Shown here in pieces: positions 50,161-64,000 of a DNA stretch of 64,000 bases. The notes beneath the pieces are model-generated. The model was given only the letters and a program-made list of their open reading frames with translations, ran no database searches and was not told the DNA's origin. The translations under genes were made by a program, and so were the position numbers. Within the stretch, counting starts at the first letter, position 1. Every line of letters starts with the position of its first letter. Location: NCBI GenBank assembly GCA_037379345.1, contig CM074513.1, positions 47,347,195-47,411,194 on the forward strand, written 5' to 3'. The stretch comes from Perna viridis (lineage: Eukaryota).

Positions 50161-50865
50161 TGTTGAAGACATGATTAATGAAGGGCATCCAAGGTGTGAA
50201 TTGCTATCTTATATCTACCTGTTAAAATAATTATACATTTGTATCAAACATACGGTGTAAGTCTATATTTCTCCGAAGTTATTCGTAAACAGGATACAAA
50301 ATTGACAATGAAACAGCAGGAGCTCACCTTAGGAAAGGTGGAGAGTCTTCATTCACTGTGATTTTAATATACTGAAGAATTCAAGTTAGGTGATGTACTG
50401 AATTCGACAGTTGTGTCATCGTCCCGAAATCTTATTGTTATGTACTTTATATAATTTTTGTCTAGTTTTGGATTATATAAATTTATGTACCTATTTAACA
50501 CGATAAATAACGTAAGACTTGCCAAAATAGACATCGTTATTCGTTATTGTCTTTTATCTTATTTGTAGTTGAAATAGGAGGACATGGACTCTTAAAGATA
50601 ATTTTGTTTGATCCATCACAACTATTCATAGGGTTTGTTTTTCCTGTTTTTTTTCTCTGTTTGCAAATTGATAATATTGAGTAGCAGGATACTTCAAAAT
50701 AAATTGATTTGTCTGATATTTTGACACCAATTAATTGCAATAACAGGGGAGCTCAATGTACTTATCAACAAATTATACACACAAGCATAACACACACACC
50801 CAAGACAAAATATTTTGAATTATATTGAATTTCTACAGAAATGAAATACATCCTTAAATGACATC

Positions 50866-51381
50866 GCCCCGTGCAGTTTCGGGTGTTAAAAGAATAGGCC
50901 TGCAGTAGCGCTAAGCTTGTCGTAAGAGGCGACTAAATAGTGCTCAGAAACCTAGCCGGGGTCTAGGCGCTCTGCCCATAGAGCAACTGGGATGAGTACC
51001 CATAATGGTGGAATGTGGTACCCCTGGCATGTTATATGCTGGGGTTGTCAGGCTAAAGTACGGAAAACGTGACCGCAAACCATAGTGGTGCACTGTGTTG
51101 GAAAAGATGTCACGTTCCTCGCACGTTAAAGAACCCTGCTGTGGTATTCGATAGGAGTAGGAACCTTTGCGCTCCGCCACAGGAGGCTAAATTGCCCTAC
51201 CTTACCCATCCCTCCCTTTTTCTAATGGCAATCAAAATTTGTCGACCCTATTATCCTTGTGTCCCATCCTTTTTTTTCATTTCATCATTATTTCATGTTC
51301 ATTTTATCATCCATTTCATGTTCATCATCTGAATATAGCTGAAATATTGCTGCTCGGACGTTAAACCCCAACAATCAATCA
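50866..51381 (+). mobile_element. SINE-like retroposon, copy 5
   Basis: Colinear with copy 1. TSD TTAAATGACATC / TTAAATTGCATC (50854-50865 and 51382-51393). Confidence 0.92.
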
Positions 51382-54300
51382 TTAAATTGCATCAATGACC
51401 AACTCCCTCGTTAACAGAAATGAAGATAGACATTAAACACTACATGCACTCCTTATACAAACGGTACTCCAATATCTTCGTCAAATGTCAAAATGACAGT
51501 CACTTGGTATTTAACTGACGTGATACATTCGATAGCATCTCTATACAACAACAAAAAAATCTCCCAAATAAATTACAAATGCCAAGAGCATGGGTAAACG
51601 TGGCGAATTAAACCGTGCATATAATATGCATGAAATCTATGAATCGGTTGTAGCTAAAGAGAGTTAGACTAATCACCTTAAGTGTGTAACAAGGTTCAGG
51701 GCTGGGACAATGGTCATTTCTACCTTGTAAACAATCTACTTAGTGTAATAACTTGTTTGATGTCACTTCTCGGCAAAGACTTTCTAATTTGATAAGTATT
51801 TTGTAGGATAGTTACGAACATTACGACATTATCAAGTACGGGTTTATTGCTATTTTTTCCTACGCTTCATCTTTTCGTTCGGTTAGATTATTGTGGATGA
51901 TTTGTTAAAATTGGATGAAAATAAGGATGGTTATATTGTAGTACAACTTTTACGTTGTTTTACGTGGTTTTTCTGTTTGCTGTAATAGTAAACAGAATGC
52001 GATCATACCGTCTAAAGAAGCTTTAAATCTTCCCCTAAAGGCATTTAAACAATCATCAGGCTTAAATTAGAATCATTACAGGTTCTAATGGCACATATTT
52101 CCTTTACGTATAAAGGCTATGACCTAAATCTTACATGTATAAAATATGACAAGTGGATGTTATGTTCTAAGTGCACTGGATGATCTTCCTGAAATCTGCA
52201 CTATTTATTGAAACACTGCCATTCATAACTGGTCTTTGCCGAAGTGTGAGTTAAAATAGACAATTTGATATCATTACTGTAAACCCTAAGTAGGAGTTAA
52301 ATTACATCGAACAAATACAAGTTTATAAGTAACAAACGCTAGTTGATCGTTGATGTTAAGCCAATACCACTCTTATCACTAAGTTATATGCACATCTTAA
52401 TCATGGTCCATTGAAACACTAAGAATAAAATAAACTGCTAGGTTATATTATTATTGTATATAGATCTCATTACGCCTTTGAATTCTCTATAATGAGATTG
52501 AACTAATTTTACCAGAATAGACTTCCCTACACATTATTCCTGAGTAATAATAAGATTCCGCATCTTTCTCGAAAACATACAACGTTAATTGAAAGCCACA
52601 TTTTATTTGCTCATAATACGTATTGTAGATGGCTCCCGGTAAATGTTGGCATAAAATCACCGTATGTAGAGTCAGCAGTGATATAATTGTTGTCGATGAT
52701 CGAGATTAAAATAGAGAGGACAAACTTAGCCAAAGGGTCTTAGGAATTCATAACATCTCGTTCATATTAATGTAGATTGTATATAATATCATTTGATACT
52801 AAGTAGTGTCTAAAATACATCTATACGTTGTATGTAATTTATGATTTCTAATTCTGTCCACTTTTTTTATAAGCACTAAATATAGTAATAATTATACTTG
52901 TTGATTTAAGGTTTGTAATCATTTTGCTGTAATTCCAACTGCCCAAGTTTCACATGCACATTCGATACCAACATTTTCAATACTCTGATCTCATGGACAT
53001 GTCAATATGTGCAATTTTCAATCCGTAGGCATAACTATATTTTTATGAATTAAGTAGTCTTTTAGTGTATGTTTAAAAATTTGTTAATGCCTCTAACCCA
53101 TATTCTCTAAAACGTCAAACTAATTTACTTCCTGTTGGGAGCCATTAAAGTTTGGGAGTCGTTTCTTTAAACAAAATGGATAGAATGAACTTCATTATAA
53201 ATGCTCACCATAAATAATCTCTTAACCCAACAAAAATAAGATTACCAGAGTATCTAAAATCTCAAAAGCATTCGTTAAGAGGTAATAATTCAGTGATTAT
53301 CATTGAAGATTGACAGAAAGGACTCATACTTTTCTTGTTAGTAAGTGAGGCATGGTTGAAAACATGATCTTAACTTCTGATACCTATCTGGGGATATATT
53401 GGGGTTTGATATTTTTGTTTTTCTTAGAAAATAAATTAGTCAACTTTTTTACATGATTCAGTAATAATCACGCGATAAAATAACAAACTAAAAGATGTTT
53501 GACATAGGAATAAAATTTAATATACATAATAACTCGCAAAATTCATATTTGTTGTTAAATTGTATTGTATCTGATTTCCCTATATGATAAGTGACAATGT
53601 CATATAGCTACGATTTCTGCTTCATTTTGAACACGAAAAGTGCCAATGGATTATCTTACCTCTTTCATCATGAGAATGATTGACGATGTAGATGCCAGCA
53701 TTCTACATTGGCATACTCATTTTTCAACTGACAACTACATTTCTGACGCAACATATCTATAACTTGATACGTTACATTCGGGAGAGACGCTCGACGTCAA
53801 TTTGGGAAAACTAGCGGTTACGCTTCAATAATTACAAGCCAAGTTCCAAAGATTTATAGAGTAAGATGATAGACCAATAGGTTATACACTTTTAAGTCGA
53901 AAAAATAGCACCGGTGTTTAATTATATCATCGATTTCTCAAATCTTCGATGATGGTTGCTTACTTGAGGGAAATGTCAGATTTAATGCTATTACAATGTA
54001 TACGTCTGAAGCTTATCTTAAAGAAAAAATAAAGTAGTAGAAAATTTCATTAGACAAAAACCGTCTGGCCTTTGAAAATATTAGGTGTAAGATAATATAT
54101 GCAACAAACGAAATAAACGACTTCTGTCAACCAATTGCATTGAAGTTACATCTGACTCCACCCATTTGAAATGTACAGCTAGAGCTTGCAACAAGCATGT
54201 CTATTATAACCTCGCTTTAGTTTTCATACATTTCAAACTTGCATCATGTCGTGATATCTATAAAAAAGATTATTATCATTTTCTTTAGAATGATACTATG

Positions 54301-55506
54301 CCCGAAATGTCGGAGTTGTTTACTCTGATAAGAATAAGTAATATAACAACAACAGTAAAGGTAACAGGTAATCAAGTCGTATAAAAGGTGTGATGTAGTC
54401 CTTGTCATCTCCATCGCAAGTTATAATATTGGTAACTGGACACTTGATTGATTGACATACATTAAAGGTTCTTTTGGAGTAACAAAACAACGTTAGTCGA
54501 ACAATGCGATAGTCTCTGAAAATGTATGCAATGGTTAAGCGAGTCAACTAGAAATTCAACATCTGAAGAGGCACCAGAAAGGCTACCCAAAAGGCATATA
54601 TGGACTCTAGAAACGGTCCAGTAAAGTTCATGCATATACTATTCATAACTCAAATGACAACAGGGAATACCTTATTGTTCATACTTAAAGACAGTATTTT
54701 AAAATAAGAAAACTCGTTATTTTCAACATAAAAAAGAAGAAAAAGCAAAAACAAAAATGCAAACAAACATGAATTCTGACTGGTTTGATTTAAGCCGCCT
54801 CTACCCAGTTATAGACGTATATATATATAGATTTCTACTATTTCTACATGGAAGCGGATGCACCCAAATGGAATTGAGAACAAATGAGGTAGCACTTCCA
54901 TATATGGTAAGTGGGCGTTACTTCCGGTTTTCATTTATGCATATTAATTAGGTCGTCGTGATAACACAAATAAATCATTCTAACTTTAGCGCTAAACTAA
55001 TGAGAAAACGTTTGTTACACTCGTATCAAAACATACTATAGTTTTTATCGATATAAGTTTAAAATGATATTTTTGTGTCACGTCTCCTTTAAACAATTAT
55101 ATGATCTTGAGGTGAATATTGAAATAGAATTTGACTGTCAACAATATACTTTCCATTTCAAGCAGTCACGTTTTGTTTAAAGGTTTCATTTATTTAGAAA
55201 CCAGACGAGGTCAACCCAAAAAAAGAAGAAAATTAATTGAACCTTCGGATTGCCGAGCATCTACAGGGTCAAATAAACATTTGTAGATGGAGGCAATCAG
55301 AGCTAAAGAGACAAGAGAAAACTATACGTTAATACATATATATAGAAATACTAAATACGGAAACGAACATTTTAAAGATGACAACAAAAACCGAAAATTT
55401 AAAAGTCGTTTTTAACTATTTTTTTCAAACTGTAGTTAACAGTACAATTATAATTTAATTTAATTTATATCAATGCTTTTGATTAGTTGGTACTTTTTTT
55501 ATCGCG

Positions 55507-55565
55507 ATCGTCTGAATATAGCTGAAATATTGCTGCTTGGACGTTATACCCGAACAAACAAATAA
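55507..55565 (+). mobile_element. 5'-truncated SINE/LINE tail
   Basis: ATCGTCTGAATATAGCTGAAATATTGCTGCTTGGACGTTATACCCGAACAAAC. Confidence 0.8.
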
Positions 55566-58500
55566 AAACTAACCTTTGAACCTTTGTCTTGAAGCAATAA
55601 AGCTCAGAGCATTATGGTTTAATCCAATGCGTTTTTGTTCACTAGCATTTTACAAAAAGTACATGCTGATTGAAATCTCTTTGTTTTGTGAAAAAGAATC
55701 CAATGTGGAATACTGTATGATTGACTATAGAAGTAATAGAGAAATGAAATTAGAATGACATCCTTTTAATCATAGAATTTCACTTCCTACTTTCCTGGTA
55801 AGTTTGGTTTATGAATACAAAGTACTCCAGCATTCTACTTATATGTATATGTTATCTAACTCAATTGTCAAGATAATTAGCATAAAATCTAGAGACTTAC
55901 CAATGTCGTCAACGTGTAATAATGAAATAGGTAGACAACAGAGAAAAATGAACACTTCAAACGTAAATTTCAGTCATCGCATTTTACAATGCTATATAAT
56001 AAATTACATAACATTGTAACTGATGAAACAAAAGCAATTTAACGCTGGCATTTTCAGGCAAATTTAAAAAAAACACACACACACACACAAATTACGGGGA
56101 GCGCCTTTATAATTATTGATTTATAGGTTTGGTTGGCAGTTCACAATACACAACCTACACTGTATCACTATAAACATGTTATGTCTATCTTTTACCCCTG
56201 ACCAACTTAATGAACATTTAGTTTGATGTAATAAGATTTGAAGTGTAGATGTCATTAATTTATGGATAGCGGTTTATGAGCAAGCGTATATTGTTCCATA
56301 CTCGGTTATGCAAGTAAATTTGGTCGAATATTCAAAACCAATCATTATATTAATAATAATTAATTCCTGTATAAATCAATATTGAAATATTATTTAGTAT
56401 TGGATTATTTGAATCGAGGACTGTGGACCAATCGACACTTACCATAGTTTATACAAAACCTATGTTGCCCAAATATAATCAAGTAATTAACTTATTACAA
56501 ATTAAAATAAACCAAGATGAAAAAAATACGTGAATTAAACATGAATTTCATGCTTACTTCGTTAACATTCTATGAAGAACATATCATCATTGTAAAACCA
56601 CCTGGGATAAAAGTTTGATAGACTCATATGTTAATCTGTCATCGATGCTGTGTACTGTGATCAGTATAAAAGTCAATAACATCTGGCTTTAATTACCGTT
56701 TCAAAAACAGAGTACTTACTTTCAATACACTGTAAATAATAATTTGTTTCATATTTCATATTTTGTATTGAGTAAATTGTTTTCGAATACAAATCAATCA
56801 TCTTTTTCAAGTATCTCATCGGTTTGGATCTATTTTTGTCATTTCAATCACAAAAATTGTTGGTGCGAAACTTCAGTCTTTGAAAAAAGAAGGTAGTTTA
56901 CTTACATAGAAAACCAGAAAACCCGTACTTGATTCGATGAAGCTAAAATACGGATTACCAATCCCTTCTTAAACATGACTTGGTTTCCTGATTACATTCA
57001 GTAATTTGTACAAGAGATGATTTTAAAGTACAAATTGAAGAGCCCTTTTTGAAAGAAAAAGTTAAGCAACTGTGATTGAGATGTTGAAAACATCTATCTT
57101 TCTCAAGATTAAATCATCGAAACTCTTACATCTGCACTCTAAACTTATTGAAACCTTTTCGAGTGTAATTAATTTCGAAAGGTTTCAAATGAGAACTGTG
57201 CCATAGATCAAATTATATTGTTTGCCATTTCTAAGAAAATATACAAATCTCGGATAAAAAATTAAAAAAAACCTTGTTTTATTAAAATTCATATTTGTTG
57301 AACTGAGAATACTAGTCAAAATTGACTTCATCTGATATCATCCTCATAAATATGATTAACTTTAGATAAGTTTTTTGGAACAATGCCCGAAATCGGAACT
57401 TAGAGTGTTAATCATAATTAAGAGAAAAAAATGAACAAAGAATTGAAAAAAAAGTAGTTACAGCGAAAGCATAAGAATAAAAAAATGTATGAAACTATTT
57501 TACGTAGAATCTGCCGTTAATGTTTTTATACAACTTAAAGTACAGACATTGCGAAGTATTTTACAAATGAAACGTTTTTCTCGATACTGGATATGTATAT
57601 ATATATACGCTAAGACATAACCTTGTTACAATATGACTTAAAATCCTATACAATTTGTTAATTGCACAAGTTGACATATCATTTCTGTAAATTCTCTGAC
57701 AAGATCAACGAGAAATGATAACGATAGATACAGGGGTCGATGGTCAGACACCATAAACTCTACGATTTATATTGGAGTGCCACTCGTGACATTTAGTGCC
57801 ATAAACCATAACACATCTTAATGGTTATTTCGGGAAATGACCAACCTTTTAAGGCTACGATTTGATCATAAAAGACTAGAAAACAACGATTCTAATCTCG
57901 CGGGAGTAGTCATTTTGTTCAGATTCGTAACTGTTATTGGTTAGAGTTTCTCGCCCTAAAACTCTTAGTTTGAATCCAAATTAGGCAATGAATTAAGATA
58001 TTCTGTATAAGACTGATTGTATTTAGGAGTGTAAGACAAATTTCAATTTTCCAAAGTTGAACAAGTATTATGTTCATACTACCAAAATTTTTTTAAAGCA
58101 GCTCGTTAATTTAATGAACTGAAGATCTTCATTAGTTTTTTAATTAAAGCAACGGGCATGTCAAATTTATTTTATGGCGACACCACTATTGTTGTAACTT
58201 GTATGGAAACTTTAATACTGTCATTTTGCATTCAGCTTATCATTTGATTCCTTAGAAATTTAATAGTTTCGGTCAGCTAGACTTCTTACTCTTTGGGACG
58301 TTTTTTACATGGATTTTTTTAAGTAGGACCACAGAAATATTCAAACTAACTGTAATAAGCCCTTTTTTCAGTCAATTTTAAGGGTGATACTTGATTTGCA
58401 AAATGGACAGTTACCCATGTCGAAGTTGCAAGTTATGTCAATACACAAAAGTGCTAGGTGAACCGACACATACTATCATGCCATAGTTGATATTTCAATT

Positions 58501-59370
58501 ATCAAACAAAATGTTCTGCTGGTATTATGTAGGATTCTATAATACATGTACATGTATATATGATTGAACAAACTTGTTTTCTTATCTAATTCATATGCTT
58601 GATATATAATTGAAGCGGTATTGTACTTCTATGTATTTAAAAGTGCACACTCTTGAAACTCAGGGTACATCAAACGTTGGTTTTTACTTCAATTACGGTA
58701 TATACATTTGAAGAACATGTATAAAGGAATGAAACCTAATCACCATTTGACTATAATTATCATGTCAGTGTTTCTGACGTTCGTTCCCAATGTTGGTTGA
58801 GTATTTCTGACGCATGCTATATAAAGATTTTTACCAATACAAATTTTGTTTAGTAAATGCTTAGGAAACCTGTGTAACATTTTTCTATTAATCGTAAATC
58901 AGAGATATCAGTAAGTCTTTTTATGTAAGAATCCTCACAGTTTAAAAAAAAGAAGAGTGTCAATTGTATGTATTTTGTGATATTATGTACAAAAACGTAA
59001 TGGCTTAAACGCGTTAAAGATGGTTTTAAAGAATGGTCAAATTACCAGTGTTACAATGTTACAAAACAGTGTCCATTACGAATTAATGACATTCTGTGTA
59101 ATTACACTTTAAGATAACGCATACAAAATAAACCATAAGTGATTTTCATTAACAGAAAACGACCAGGATTATGAAAACGTTTTATGTCTGAAAACGAAAT
59201 GATAAACGTTTTGCTGAATACATGTACAGACATTTTACACACTATAAGAGTGAACCGAGATGATGTACAATGAACAAGGGAACTGATCGGTGATGACAAC
59301 AGTATACACTATTGTAAAACAACGCACAAGCCTTCTGTGACTAAAACTAGACTTTGCAGCAAAAACAGAA

Positions 59371-59447
59371 GACCTGTTTGACCTGTTTACATTACCTCAG
59401 GTAGATCAACAGTTAGACCTGTTTACATTACCTCAGGTAGATCAACA
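59371..59447. repeat. Tandem duplication with 36-bp period
   Basis: GACCTGTTTACATTACCTCAGGTAGATCAACA twice, preceded by a partial GACCTGTTT. Confidence 0.9.
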
Positions 59448-62400
59448 AAATGGAATCTTTACTTATGTGTAAACTGAACTCGTGCCTGAAAACGTTAACT
59501 CTCATAGACTTGCATTATCCTTAAATGTTTGGTTAATGGTATAGACATAAGACTGAAGTTGTTATATGTAATCCCTATCCATGCTGTTAAAACTTTATTC
59601 CAGGAGTATAAGATATGCGAGACCTTCACAATAACTTGATCATTGTACAAGTATATGAAAATCTCGGATACATTTATGCAATGTACAACACAAGGCAAAG
59701 CAGACAGTATCTATGTTACATCGAGTTACATTCCTAGCGTGTGTACTTTATATCTAGTATACAGAATGCTAACAGAGATGTGAAAAATTATAGATGTGTA
59801 TTTGTCATTTCAGCCTTAACGAAAGTAAACGCCTAGTATGATAGGGTTATTATTAAAAGCAACAAACTACTAAAATTAGAAATAAGTAAAGCAGCTTTTC
59901 TCCATCTGCTAAAGCCATTTTCACATTAATTGGTATCAATTCATGCATACATTTTTTAGTGTTAATTCCTTGTACCTTTCACATATCAAAGAACTCTACT
60001 TCATAATTTTCTTAAGCTTGTTAGTTATGATACCTTTTGGTTTGACACAGTGTCTGAAAACCTCATTTTAACGTTTGTTCTTGTTCAATTACAAGACTCC
60101 AAATATTAAGAGAAAGTCGATGAACTCTGTAAAATGGCTATTAGAATGATTAAGGCTCATGGAAAATGTTTAATAAACCTTTTTGCCGTCAAAATGATTG
60201 AATAGTCTAAGATTAATTGTCGATTGTGAAGGCGAAAAATAAGATTCATTAAATAAGATGGTCTGATCTTAACATACAAGTGACTATGGCTTGCATAGTT
60301 CAAAACAAATGAGCTTGTAAACAACTCACAGACGCTTAATACAGTGAAAAACTACTTCTCTTTAAGTACGGCTATATGGCAATATAAATTAGGCTTCCAG
60401 TAGAAAATCATACAAATGAATAATATATTCTATGTAAATGGCTGAATTTTGACATCTAAAATGATCTATACATTAATTAGTTGCCTAATTATTTACTTAA
60501 TATACATTACTTCTTGTCTGGTATTTACGACTGTACTGCCGAAATGTCAAATCGAAAAAAGTCACGGAAATCATACAATATGTTCATACTGGAATTTTTA
60601 TAAACCAAAAAACTTGTAGAATTTTCTGGATTGAGGAGTTTTTACTTTTTGATTTTATCAAGTGAAGCTGGATACTGATTAGAGATACAATATAAAACAT
60701 TCAGGATTTTCGCTGCTATGTTAAATAAGAACAAGTATTTCAAAGGGTTATGAAATATACTAACATCTAGAGCAATATAAGTAGACAACATTAATTGGTC
60801 AGTGTGTTCATTTTTGAGATATATACATTTAAAATTTTGGCGGGAAAAGGATTTCTCTTGATTTTCGAAAATCAGAAAACGTTTTATCTAATAAAAATTC
60901 CGAAGATATATGATTTCATAAAATCTTCTGAAATAACACTTTAAGGTATGTTAAATGAAAAAAATAATGAAAAGAATAGTGGAGGTAACTTGGCAAAATG
61001 TATGCTGTGAAATAGAGTCTGGAAATCTGACAAAAATGGGAATGTAATTTCATTGGTAACTCAAATCAATAATAAAATATCTTGCTAATCATAACATTGT
61101 TTGGGCGTTCCATGTGCAAATACCTTTAGTTCTTTAAAAACTGAAATGAGAAATGAGTTAATGCCGAATTAGAAGACGCATAATGTTAAGTACGTGTAGT
61201 GACAAAAATACAAAAAGCTCTAGGTATCACAAGATATTGATAATAGATTACAAAGTTTTTAAATATTCTAAATTTGTCATACTGTATTTCGAATCAAGAC
61301 TGGCAAAGATATTTTATTATTTTGTTTTCGTTTATTTATAAGCTTTACTTATGATATAAATGTGTACTAATATACCGGTGGTGGTCTATATTTGGCAGGA
61401 TTGATAGATTAAAATGTGTAATCCAAAGAACTCTTTAAGAATTTATTCAGCTGTTTAACTATAAAAATCCAAGTGTCATTTACCAGTCAAAACATAATCT
61501 AAAAGAAACGTTTGCATCAATTCAAAATGAGTAAATAAAATTTTGACGTAAACAAATATATAGAACAAGTGAATATATTAAATATGTATGTACACATCCA
61601 TTGCTTCACGTTATACAAAATAACAAATCTGATGTATATCAAAATGCATCTCCATGTCATATCTAATTTAAGTATACAATATATATAAAAATAATCGGAT
61701 TTATAGTGCATTGTTTTGTACTCTGTTTAGTTATATGTATATTTTGAGACAAAATTATCCTATGTTTTTAAATTGGCATACAACTTTAAATGTCAACCAT
61801 TGTAATATTCATAAGATTGGATTTTTTTTGTAGTTATAAGAGGACCGAAAGAGGACAATTCAATAACAGTTGGACCGACGATTGAATAACATTTTTGTTC
61901 TTACGTCATTCCTTGCTTAGTTTTGATTATCGTTGTATTATCAAGCAAAACCAGAAACCAACCAATAAGCATTATTAAACTGTTGATTAACAAACAAATA
62001 ACAAATGGCAACAATAAGAAAACTTAACATAGAAAAACAACTCAGACCTAACCAAAATTAAGAAACAAGAACTAGATGCACCGGTAAGGTAACACAAAAA
62101 AACCTTTCACAACAAATTGATTATACAATACAATAATATCAATATTCATTTCTAATTTTTTCATAGACTTTAAGTATAAAAGCGCATTCATACTATTCGT
62201 TAATGTCTCTAAACAAACCGACGCTTTTAGAATGTAAACGGAGTGATTAGTAAATGAAAATATTGAATAACCATCCAATAACTTAATAATGAGGTTAAAA
62301 CACTCCATTGATTGAATGAAATGCTAATAAAATATATTGGAATTCTGTAAACGACATTTTTATTTGGACAGAAAGAAACATCTATAAGAATATGCTTTTG

Positions 62401-64000
62401 GCTCAACGTGCTGTCTCAAGTAAATCAATGGTATCGGCTAAGTGTGATGAATTTATAACGAAATTAAACTCAGCTATTATTTTTTCCAAGAGTTGTGAAA
62501 GTAACAAAGAATGGCTTTACTGAATAAAAAGCTTAAAAAGAAACAAAGAATAGCTTCACTAAATAATAAGAACAAAAACAGAAATGCAATAAAACATCAA
62601 AAACATAACATTTATATTTGCACCAGATATAACTAAATGCAAAAGCCTGATCTCACAGATAAATACATACAAAACATTAAATAATATATATATATATACT
62701 ATGTAACATTACAAGATTACGAAAGCGAAAAAATATAACCGAGGTGCATTTTTCAGACGCACAAAAATCCCTTTATTTATATCAATAAACGTGTACATAC
62801 CGTACAAAGTGTTTCACTGTGACTTGTCTTTTCGACCTGGGAAAATAAGAATCATGAATTTCGTCACACATATGTATTGCTTATGACAAGAACGACAATT
62901 CGAACAAAAAATGCAGTACATGTATATGTATATTGGACAAAATATCATATTTGTAACGAGGTCAAAGTTTCCACTTTACATATTTGTCCCCCTAATTACA
63001 CAGTCAATTGCCAAATACCTATAGTTTGAGGATTGTGATATATTTTTACCAAAATATTGATATTGTATTTTTTATCTTCAAATACTAATCATAAAACACT
63101 GTAGCCTTCATGGTGACAGTGATCCTCACAAACTAAAAATCAAGATTCCAAGAATCTTAAAACGACTATTGCTTTCAAAGCATGTTACCCAGAGGGCAAT
63201 GATTGTATCTAAAAAATCTCTGGTAAAAAGATAATCATTATAAAAAAGAGAAATCTCACAGAACAAAAAAACAAAACATAAAAAAAAGATGTCTATAAGA
63301 GTACACTTACAGAAATACCCACATACACTGTTTGAACCGTTCATTACTGGCAATTTTGTAGCAAAACTAATTAGATATTTGGCGCTTTATTAAACGTTTT
63401 TCATATTTACAATATACTCGCAAAGTTAACATATTATCGACCCAAGAATATTTTTATATCCGTACTCCACAACAACGGTCTAGTTTTCTTCAACATATGC
63501 AAGAGCTATGAGAACAATTTACTCCAAATAAATGAAAGAAGAAAATAAATGAAGCAGCTAATAGTTCTTACATGACCGAGAAGACTGATGTAATTTCTTG
63601 GGATTACAGGGACTTAGTGAATAATGCACAATGTATGAGGTACGTGTCCATGTAATGCTAATCCCCTTCGCAATATGAGAAACAAAAATATAAAGTAATG
63701 TCCTATAGTTCAGCTATGGTGGATGTGACTATACGATTCGTAATATACACATAAGTATATAAAGTTGCAGCTGTAGTCTAACTTAACTCGAACCCATTTT
63801 ATTATATACACTATATCATCTTGGGATATCCTCTTGTCGTACTAATAAGGTACAGAAACAACTACAGGACTTTGTTTCTCTCAATAAAGCCCCCACTTCT
63901 AAATATGATGCTTAACAAATACTCCTTGTAGCATTTAGTCATATTTGCAATTATGAAATTGAAAGTTTTTTTTAAATTCCTTTATCCAAAGACAACGGAC

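Noticed and set aside
53665-53860. Possible further PLE remnant (RMIDDV ... LIRY)
   Set aside because: Motifs are too close together and too short to support a call.

Overview
AT-rich eukaryotic genomic DNA, most likely from a bivalve mollusc (inferred from repeat families, intron style and gene sequences). No prokaryotic features, rRNA, tRNA or CRISPR were found. Host genes: (1) the last three coding exons of DNA polymerase lambda (POLL; + strand; 5815-5906, 7662-7823, 11154-11261), with Asn at the position of human Glu529; (2) an uninterrupted 464-aa ORF for a 5-HT7-type serotonin GPCR (- strand; 40098-41492). The best novel candidate is a compact + strand gene at about 972-1762. It has a perfect CRE next to a TATA box, a 73-aa ORF with a PKA-pseudosubstrate motif (RRRNAMGDI) followed by an NES-like segment, and a poly(A) signal. 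This suggests a cAMP-inducible PKI-like microprotein, apparently nested in a POLL intron. Much of the remainder is transposon-derived. There are five full-length and three 5'-truncated copies of a ~510-bp SINE-like retroposon whose precise 5' end is a pseudoknot rather than a tRNA head. Also present are an internally deleted Ngaro/DIRS tyrosine-recombinase retrotransposon, Penelope-like element fragments of several ages with a structured 3' end, MITE/HINE-like pieces and minisatellites. Family assignments come from recalled consensus motifs, not database searches.
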